Origin: Geotalea uraniireducens Rf4
GTDB taxonomy: Bacteria > Desulfobacterota > Desulfuromonadia > Geobacterales > Geobacteraceae
DNA: 32,000 nt
NCBI RefSeq assembly: GCF_000016745.1
Contig: NC_009483.1
Location: 4,260,001-4,292,000 of the forward strand
Direction: 5' to 3'
Below, one piece after another: positions 25,920-32,000 of this stretch; the stretch's first letter is position 1; each line of letters opens with the position of its first letter. The position numbers were made by a program, and so were the translations under genes. Under the pieces are notes generated by a model. The model searched no databases and was not told the origin of the DNA. It was given only the letters and a program-made list of their open reading frames with translations.

Positions 25920-26465
25920 ATGAAGAATCAAACCACCCACTCCTCTCAGCCGGAAGATGAGGCAAGCCTGCCGGTACAAAAGGGCACGCAGGAGAGCATG
26001 GAAAAAATCCGGCGGCTGAAGACAAAGGCAAGCCGCGGGCTTTTTGCAATGGCCCTCTTCATTGCCGTCAGCATCGGTGCAGTGCAGAATTTCGCTTTCC
26101 TCCCCACATTCACGCCTCAGATTCGAGCCATCCTCGGCACACCACCCTCGGCAAACATGATAAGCGCTGCGCTCATGCTTTACAGCTTCTCTGCCATCAT
26201 CCTCATCCTCTCGCGGATGATGAGCGGCTCCGGCAGCTACAGCGGATTTTCCCATGTGGGCTATCTCGCCGCGTTTTTCGCCTTTTATCATTTTAGCGGC
26301 GCACTGTATGAAAACTTCTGGGCCGTCTTTGCCGCCGGCACAACAATTCTCGGACTGGAAAGCTACCACATCTGGACGTTCTGTGCGGAAGAGATCAAAA
26401 AAGAGCAGGAAAGCCTGGCTGAGCATGGCGGGAGCAAAGGTAGCGGCGAGAGCGCCGGGGAATGA
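25920..26465 (+). CDS. Hypothetical membrane protein (about 4 TM), last gene before the thi operon
   Basis: Track ORF 25869..26465. Its GTG start would lie 1 nt past the end of element D, so I prefer the ATG at 25920 (MKNQTTHSS...). A hydrophilic N-terminus is followed by four hydrophobic segments. Confidence 0.55.
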   Translation: MKNQTTHSSQPEDEASLPVQKGTQESMEKIRRLKTKASRGLFAMALFIAVSIGAVQNFAFLPTFTPQIRAILGTPPSANMISAALMLYSFSAIILILSRMMSGSGSYSGFSHVGYLAAFFAFYHFSGALYENFWAVFAAGTTILGLESYHIWTFCAEEIKKEQESLAEHGGSKGSGESAGE

Positions 26466-26617
26466 CCTTGTGCGCAAAACCCCCGATAAAACGACACTAT
26501 ATGGACCAAGAAAAGAGTTGACAGAAGACGGTCAATATTGCTAGTTTACCTGATATTCGTGGGTTCATAACCACTCAAACCGCATGCCACACCCATATTG
26601 CTGAACAGACAATCGCA

Positions 26618-26712
26618 TACATCGCTGGGGGAGTTCGCAAGAACTGAGATCCGTCTTAACCGGAAACCCTTTGAACCTGATCCGGCTGATCCCGGCGGAG
26701 GGAAGCGCACTA
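26618..26712 (+). promoter_or_regulatory. TPP (thiamine pyrophosphate, THI-box) riboswitch
   Basis: CGCTGGGGGAG...CTGAGA...AACCCTTTGAACCTGATCCGGCTGATCCCGGCGGAGGGAAGCG matches the conserved TPP aptamer core (GGGG-GC...CTGAGA...ACCC-TT-GAACCTGATC-GG-T-AT-CC-GCG-AGGGAA). The P1 helix pairs CGCT with AGCG. Confidence 0.9.
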
Positions 26713-26732
26713 TTTAGGTCCACCAGACCATG

Positions 26733-26758
26733 AGCCGCTTCAGCGGCTTTTTTGTTTT
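26733..26758 (+). terminator. Riboswitch expression-platform terminator (attenuator)
   Basis: AGCCGC-TTCA-GCGGCT followed by TTTTTTGTTTT. It lies between the aptamer and the thiS start. Confidence 0.75.
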
Positions 26759-26794
26759 CAACGCCTGAATCACCTTCACAGCAATGGAGCAGCA

Positions 26795-26998
26795 ATGGAA
26801 ATAACCGTAAATGGCGACTCGACAACCATAGAAAAAATGTCCGTCCTTTCCTATCTTCAGACGCTCGATATCGATCCCCGGCGGGTCGCGGTGGAGCTCA
26901 ACCTGGATATCCTGCCGAAAGTTGATTATGAAACAACCATCATCAATGACGGAGACCGGATTGAAATCGTCCACTTCGTCGGCGGCGGCAGTTTATAA
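26795..26998 (+). CDS. thiS: Thiamine-biosynthesis sulfur-carrier protein ThiS
   Basis: 67 aa with a ubiquitin-like pattern. It lies downstream of the TPP riboswitch and upstream of thiG. The C-terminus is ...VHFVGGGSL. Confidence 0.85.
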   Translation: MEITVNGDSTTIEKMSVLSYLQTLDIDPRRVAVELNLDILPKVDYETTIINDGDRIEIVHFVGGGSL

Positions 26999-27021
26999 AA
27001 GAAATCTTCAGGGAGATCAAC

Positions 27022-27804
27022 ATGAGAACTGATACAGATAAACTTATCATCGCAGGCCGCGAGTTCAACTCCCGCCTGATGGTCGGAACCGGCAAATATG
27101 CCGACTTTCAGCAGATGGTCAAGGCAATTGAAGTATCCGGCGCAGAAATAATTACCGTTGCCGTGCGGCGGGTAAACATCTCCGACAGAAACAAGGAATC
27201 TTTACTCGATCACATCGACACGAAAAAATACACCCTCCTGCCCAATACCGCCGGCTGCTATACTGCCGATGACGCCATCCGCACCTGCCGTCTGGCTCGG
27301 GAAGCGGGATTGTCCGACTTTGTCAAACTGGAGGTGCTGGGTGACGAAAAGACCCTGTTTCCCGACAACGAGGAACTGCTGAAAGCAGCCAAAGTCCTTA
27401 TCAAAGAAGGCTTTACTGTGCTCCCCTACACAACGGACGACCCCATCGTCTGCAAGAAACTCGAAGACATCGGCTGTGCTGCGGTCATGCCGCTCGGCGC
27501 TCCGATCGGCAGCGGTCTCGGCATCAGAAATCCGTACAACATCCGTATCATCCTCGATACGGTAAAGGTTCCGGTAATCGTCGACGCCGGCGTCGGCACA
27601 GCCTCCGATGCAGCCATTGCCATGGAGCTCGGCTGCCATGGTGTGTTGATGAATACCGGCATAGCCGGAGCAAAGGACCCCATCGCCATGGCAGAGGCCA
27701 TGAACCTGGCAGTGCGGGCAGGACGGCTTGCCTACCGGGCCGGGCGTATCCCGAAGAAGCTCTATGCCACCGCATCAAGCCCTGTCGAAGGAACAATAGA
27801 GTGA
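27022..27804 (+). CDS. thiG: Thiazole synthase
   Basis: 260 aa. It contains [10 protein letters not shown], the Schiff-base Lys region [21 protein letters not shown] and [14 protein letters not shown]. Confidence 0.92.
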   Translation: MRTDTDKLIIAGREFNSRLMVGTGKYADFQQMVKAIEVSGAEIITVAVRRVNISDRNKESLLDHIDTKKYTLLPNTAGCYTADDAIRTCRLAREAGLSDFVKLEVLGDEKTLFPDNEELLKAAKVLIKEGFTVLPYTTDDPIVCKKLEDIGCAAVMPLGAPIGSGLGIRNPYNIRIILDTVKVPVIVDAGVGTASDAAIAMELGCHGVLMNTGIAGAKDPIAMAEAMNLAVRAGRLAYRAGRIPKKLYATASSPVEGTIE

Positions 27805-28463
27805 AAACTGCGACAGATTCTCCATGGATAGATTTCAACCTCTATCTCATCACTGACCGGAAGCAGACCGAAGGTCGGAGTCTTGAATTTGTCGTCGAAG
27901 AAGCCCTGAGGGGAGGGGTCCGCGCCGTCCAGTTACGGGAAAAGGATCTCCCCAGCCGGGAACTGTACGAAACAGCCTACGAACTGCGAAAACTCACAGC
28001 CCGCCACAACGCCAAACTGTTCATCAACGACCGGGTAGACATCGCCCTGGCCGTGGATGCCGACGGCGTTCATCTGGGATACAACAGCATCCCCATCTAC
28101 CGGGCGAGAAAAATCCTCGGGGAGAAAAAGCTGATCGGCGTCTCCTGCCATAACCAGGTTCAGGCCATAATCGCCCAGGAACAGGGAGCAGACTTCATCA
28201 CCTTCGGCCCGATATACTTCACCCAGTCCAAGGCCCCCTACGGCGAACCGGTGGGCATAGTCAAACTGGCAGAGATCACCCACCTCCTCACTATACCGAT
28301 TTTTGCACTCGGCGGCATTAAACCCTATAACGTACCGGAGGTGATTGCAGCCGGCGCCCACGGCATAGCTCTCGTCTCCGCGATTCTCTCAGCTGATGAG
28401 CCGCGGACGGCGGCAAAGACCCTTATCTCTCTTCTGCCGCCGATGGAACAGCACGAAGTGTAA
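27801..28463 (+). CDS. thiE: Thiamine-phosphate synthase
   Basis: 220 aa. The GTG start overlaps the thiG stop (GTGA). Motifs are [49 protein letters not shown] and PIFALGGI. Confidence 0.88.
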   Translation: MKTATDSPWIDFNLYLITDRKQTEGRSLEFVVEEALRGGVRAVQLREKDLPSRELYETAYELRKLTARHNAKLFINDRVDIALAVDADGVHLGYNSIPIYRARKILGEKKLIGVSCHNQVQAIIAQEQGADFITFGPIYFTQSKAPYGEPVGIVKLAEITHLLTIPIFALGGIKPYNVPEVIAAGAHGIALVSAILSADEPRTAAKTLISLLPPMEQHEV

Positions 28464-28464
28464 T

Positions 28465-29424
28465 ATGTCCAACGACCAGATCCACCCCGATCTCCGCATA
28501 AACTCATACGGCTCATACCTGCGCCGTCGCTTCGGCTGCAGGGTCAGCAAGATCAACGTCGACGGAGGCTTTACCTGCCCGAACAGGGACGGCGCCCGCG
28601 GCGTAGGCGGCTGCATCTACTGCGACAACAGCTCCTTTTCCCCTGGCGGAACAGTGGCCGAGATTCCCATCGAAACCCAGATGAGCGAAGGGATGGCCTA
28701 CCACCGCACGCGGCTCAAGAGCGAAAAGTTCATCATCTACTTTCAGAAGTTCACCAACACCTATGCCCCGGTTGAGAAGCTCCGCGACCTTTACAGCCGC
28801 GCCCTGGCCCATCCCGATGTGCTCGGCATCTCGGTTGGAACCAGGCCTGATGCAATCAGCGACGAGGCGATCCAGCTCCTCGCCGGCCTGGCCCGCAACC
28901 ATTACGTCTGCGTGGAACTGGGCCTCCAGTCCATGGACGACGCAATCCTGAAGCAGATCAACCGCGGCCACACCCTGTCCGAATATCTCAACACGGTGAA
29001 CAGAATTGCCGGGCGGGGAATCGACATCTGCACACATCTCATTTACGGTTTCCCGGGCGAGACCCACGCGGGATTTCTCAAGACCGCCGACCTGATAGCC
29101 TCACTCCCCGTCAATTCCCTGAAAATTCACCAACTCCATGCCGTCAGGGGTACGCGCCTCGCCGACCTCTATCATGACGGCAGCTTCATCCCACTCTCCC
29201 ATGCCCGGTATGTGGCGGCAGTCTGCGATTTCCTGGAACTGACGCCGCCGTCAGTTACCATCCAGCGGCTCTACGGCTCCGCGCCGCTCGCAATCCGTGT
29301 TGCCCCCAACTGGGACCTGAAAAACAACCAGATGTGGTACTCTGTGGTCAACGAGCTGAAGAGGCGCGGCACCTGGCAGGGGTGCAGGCTGGCAGGGGCA
29401 GATGAGAACGTAAGCAATCTTTGA
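28465..29424 (+). CDS. Radical SAM protein of the TIGR01212 (YhcC/YtqA-like) family
   Basis: Track ORF 28396..29424, trimmed to the ATG at 28465, 1 nt after the thiE stop. It begins YLRRRFGCRVSKINVDGGFTCPNRDG...GGCIYCDN, the signature N-terminus of this family as I recall it. VELGLQS follows. Confidence 0.75.
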   Translation: MSNDQIHPDLRINSYGSYLRRRFGCRVSKINVDGGFTCPNRDGARGVGGCIYCDNSSFSPGGTVAEIPIETQMSEGMAYHRTRLKSEKFIIYFQKFTNTYAPVEKLRDLYSRALAHPDVLGISVGTRPDAISDEAIQLLAGLARNHYVCVELGLQSMDDAILKQINRGHTLSEYLNTVNRIAGRGIDICTHLIYGFPGETHAGFLKTADLIASLPVNSLKIHQLHAVRGTRLADLYHDGSFIPLSHARYVAAVCDFLELTPPSVTIQRLYGSAPLAIRVAPNWDLKNNQMWYSVVNELKRRGTWQGCRLAGADENVSNL

Positions 29425-29854
29425 TGCACGGGCTTCAGAGTTGACCAGTTGACCATGACCTGCCGCTGAACCGTACCCCCCCTTTGAAACATCCTTGCTC
29501 CCTTTCAATTTTCATAGAACAGACAACCATCGACCAGTCCAGTGCGCGGCCTCCTTTTCGGGAAGATGCGCCCCGCTTCAGCCATCCAACAATTTTCAAG
29601 GTTATTAACGAGCAACAGATGGTTTCGATTCCAGGTTATCACGTGGTTTTACTTGGATTAGGTGCCGCAATCTGCTAAAAAGGTGAACATCTTTAACGCA
29701 TTCTGCCATCGGGAATAACGGGCGTTCGATTCCGTCAATATCGCCATCTTTAAGGATCGTTTGGGGATCAGAAGCCACGGCCAGCGCAGTCACCGCTTCG
29801 AAACTTCTACCCCCAGGAACTGAAGTAAAGTCAATTTAGGGGGGGGCTGATTTC

Positions 29855-31519
29855 ATGGCACAACAAGCCTTACATATACTTTTGTCTGAGTTAATCTCCC
29901 GTTGGGAAAATGAAGTAATCGAGTTCAAAAATGTCGGTGACTCATATTCGACATCTGACATCGGCAAATATTTTTCGGCTCTTGCCAATGAAGCCAACCT
30001 GCGGGATGTTGAAAAGGCTTGGCTGGTTTTTGGTGTGAATAATAAAAGCAGATCCATCGTCGGCAGCGATTACCGGCAGGACAATGAGCGCCTACAAAGC
30101 CTGAAAATGCAGATTTCAGCGGAGACTGAGCCCAGCATTACGTTCCGTGAAATTCATGAGTTGCAAAGTGATAAGGGACGCGTAATCCTGTTTGAAATAC
30201 CTGCTGCCCCTTTGGGGATGCCGATTGCCTGGAAAGGGCATTATTACGCCCGCGCAGGCGAAAGTCTGACTCATCTTGGCCTGGATAAGCTGGATGAAAT
30301 TCGTAAACAGGTAGGGGCAACTGACTGGTCTGGTCAGGTGGCTAACGCAGCTACACTGGATCATCTGGACACACACGCACTGACTAAGGCTCGTGAATCT
30401 TTCGCCAAAAAGTACGCTAATCGTTTTGCCCTGGAAGAGGTTATGACATGGCCTGAAAGTACATTTTTGGACCGTGCAAAACTAACAAAAGATGGCCAAA
30501 TTACCCGCGCTACCATTTTATTACTGGGAAAAGCTGAAGCAGCCCATTTGCTCTCACCGCAACCAGCACAAATGACCTGGAAACTGGAGGGGGTTGAGCG
30601 TGCTTACCAACACTTTGGCCCCCCATTTCTGCTGAATACCAGCATTCTGTATCAGAAAATCCGCAATATTCAGTTGCGTATCCTGCCGGAAGATCAATTG
30701 CTCCCCATTGAAGTGGCCAAATATGACCAGAAGATTGTGCTTGAGGCATTGCACAACTGCATTGCTCATCAGGACTACGGCCGCAATGGGCGCATCATTG
30801 TCACAGAACTACCTGACAGGCTGATTTTTGAAAACGAGGGCTCGTTTTATGAAGGGCAACCAGTTGATTATATTTCTGGGCACAAAACCCCCAGACGCTA
30901 CCGTAACCCTTTTCTGGCCCAGGCGATGGCTGAGCTTAATATGATCGACACCATGGGGTATGGCATTTATGAAATGCACATTGGACAGGCACGGCGCTAT
31001 TTCCCCCTGCCTGATTATGATTTGAGCGAGCCCTACGCGGTCAAGATGACAATCCATGGCAAGATTGTTGATCCTGCCTACAGTCGTATGCTTATCCAGA
31101 AAACTGATTTGTCATTACAAGACATATTTGCCCTTGATCGTGTCCAGAAAAAACTCCCACTTGATGACGTAATGGTGAAACATTTGCGCCGAGCAAATCT
31201 TATTGAAGGCAGAAAACCCAACCTCCACGTCTCCGCTACCGTTGCCGCTGCGACAGCGAGCAAGGCGGACTATATTCGTACCCGTGCCCAGGATGACGAT
31301 TATTACACCAAGCTGATACGTGATTATCTGGTTAAGTTTGGTTCTGCAACCCGCAAGGAGATTGATACTCTGTTGTGGGGCAAATTGAGTGATGCTTTGG
31401 ATGTCGAACAAAAACAGAACAAAATCGGCAACTTGATTACCAGTATGCGAACTACAGAAACAATAGTGAATACGGGATCTCGTAAATTACCCAAATGGAC
31501 TCTCAAAGAAAAAAAATAA
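29855..31519 (+). CDS. AlbA_2 (Schlafen-like) DNA-binding domain protein with C-terminal HATPase_c_4/RecG-C-like region and wHTH; often annotated as a putative transcriptional regulator
   Basis: 554 aa. The N-terminus ENEVIEFKNVGDSY...ALANEANL...AWLVFGV is typical of AlbA_2. The central LEALHNCIAHQDY...GRIIVTELPDRLIFENEG is typical of HATPase_c_4. Composition is visibly more A/T-rich than the neighbouring genes. Confidence 0.7.
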   Translation: MAQQALHILLSELISRWENEVIEFKNVGDSYSTSDIGKYFSALANEANLRDVEKAWLVFGVNNKSRSIVGSDYRQDNERLQSLKMQISAETEPSITFREIHELQSDKGRVILFEIPAAPLGMPIAWKGHYYARAGESLTHLGLDKLDEIRKQVGATDWSGQVANAATLDHLDTHALTKARESFAKKYANRFALEEVMTWPESTFLDRAKLTKDGQITRATILLLGKAEAAHLLSPQPAQMTWKLEGVERAYQHFGPPFLLNTSILYQKIRNIQLRILPEDQLLPIEVAKYDQKIVLEALHNCIAHQDYGRNGRIIVTELPDRLIFENEGSFYEGQPVDYISGHKTPRRYRNPFLAQAMAELNMIDTMGYGIYEMHIGQARRYFPLPDYDLSEPYAVKMTIHGKIVDPAYSRMLIQKTDLSLQDIFALDRVQKKLPLDDVMVKHLRRANLIEGRKPNLHVSATVAAATASKADYIRTRAQDDDYYTKLIRDYLVKFGSATRKEIDTLLWGKLSDALDVEQKQNKIGNLITSMRTTETIVNTGSRKLPKWTLKEKK

Positions 31520-31570
31520 GAATAAAAAAAGAATAAAAAAAGAATAAAAAAAGAATAAAAGCAGAATAGA
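31520..31570. repeat. Tandem 11-bp A-tract repeat (GAATAAAAAAA, about 4.5 copies)
   Basis: Copies at 31520-31530, 31531-31541 and 31542-31552. A shortened copy follows at 31553-31560, and a degenerate GAATAGAA at 31563-31570. The repeat starts immediately after the TAA stop at 31517-31519. Confidence 0.85.
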
Positions 31571-32000
31571 ACCCTATTAAATAGCCATGAAATAAGGAAT
31601 TTGGCAGCGATAGCATAAAGATAAATATGGCGTATATTTCCAAATTATTATCGTCAGGGACAGATGTAAAGACAATACAATCGCCGTTGTTATTGTTTTG
31701 CCCGACACACCACCAAAGACCGAACAAGTAACCGTACAAGTAGGGGCGTTGCCGACAAGGGCGAAGCACGATGAAGCTGTGCTGTCGCCCCTACGAAATA
31801 GTTCTTCGCAGGAATAACCACCGACCAAGTCAAATACGACGTTGTCACCGATTATGCAACATTTATGGATATTGTGAAGTGAGGAATGCAGGCAGAAAAG
31901 GATATTCAGGGTAAATCCGATTCATATTGGAATCTTGAGGGTGGGGGAATAAGGCATAGTTTGACTTGGATGAGGATTTGGCGGAGCTGCGAGGGAGAAT

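Noticed and set aside
29605-29793. 62-aa minus-strand ORF (GTG start), and the other short ORFs in 29430-29850
   Set aside because: There is no ATG or RBS context and no recognisable domain. They may be remnants at an island boundary but cannot be supported as genes.
31520-31570. CRISPR array or minisatellite-encoded peptide
   Set aside because: The units are 11 bp with no spacers. The overlapping 88-aa minus-strand ORF (31503..31769) is poly-Phe/Leu low complexity produced by the A-tracts.
31972-31983. 12-mer GAGGATTTGGCG shared with element A (13843-13854), and GGAATAAGGCA shared with the end of element B. These might indicate another element copy at the window edge.
   Set aside because: Matches of this length are expected by chance many times in a 32-kb two-strand comparison. 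No extended arm alignment could be made within the remaining sequence.
31886-32000. Open frame starting at ATG 31886 and running off the window
   Set aside because: Only 38 codons are visible, the GAGGA is too close to the ATG for a normal RBS, and there is no similarity I can recognise.

Overview
The window looks like a Geobacteraceae/Desulfuromonadales chromosome segment, judged from its SfrAB-type oxidoreductase, poly-c7 multihaem cytochromes and sigma-54 regulation. From left to right it contains the following.

- **Left edge to 4848:** a RayT/IS200-like Y1 transposase gene cut by the window edge, with an octamer array just upstream. After it come an alpha/beta hydrolase, a zone of gene remnants, a YidE/YbjL-type transporter and a membrane protein.
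- **5131-15603:** the sfrB-sfrA-like pair, an M29 aminopeptidase, a FapA/DUF342 protein, coaE, an IclR regulator and a universal stress protein.
- **15637-26465 (most interesting part):** a sensor kinase with CXXCH motifs in its periplasmic domain, next to a divergently oriented sigma-54 activator. A good -24/-12 promoter then precedes an apparent operon. It encodes two paralogous small signal-peptide/TM proteins, a receiver domain lacking the phospho-acceptor Asp, a third tiny membrane protein and a pentahaem cytochrome. These are followed by a Tat-exported 4x[4Fe-4S] HybA/NrfC-like protein, a NrfD-like membrane subunit, a nonahaem (3 x c7 module) cytochrome, a kinase-less paralogue of the sensor domain and a 4-TM protein.
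- **26618-29424:** a TPP riboswitch with thiS-thiG-thiE and a tightly adjoining (1-nt gap) TIGR01212-type radical SAM gene.
- **29425-32000:** an A/T-richer probable island with an AlbA_2/HATPase_c_4 gene and a phased A-tract tandem repeat.

Four long imperfect-palindrome elements each sit directly against a stop codon, and three of them lie inside the cytochrome cluster. No rRNA, tRNA or CRISPR array was seen. All calls come from reading the sequence and the ORF track by eye; no database search was possible.
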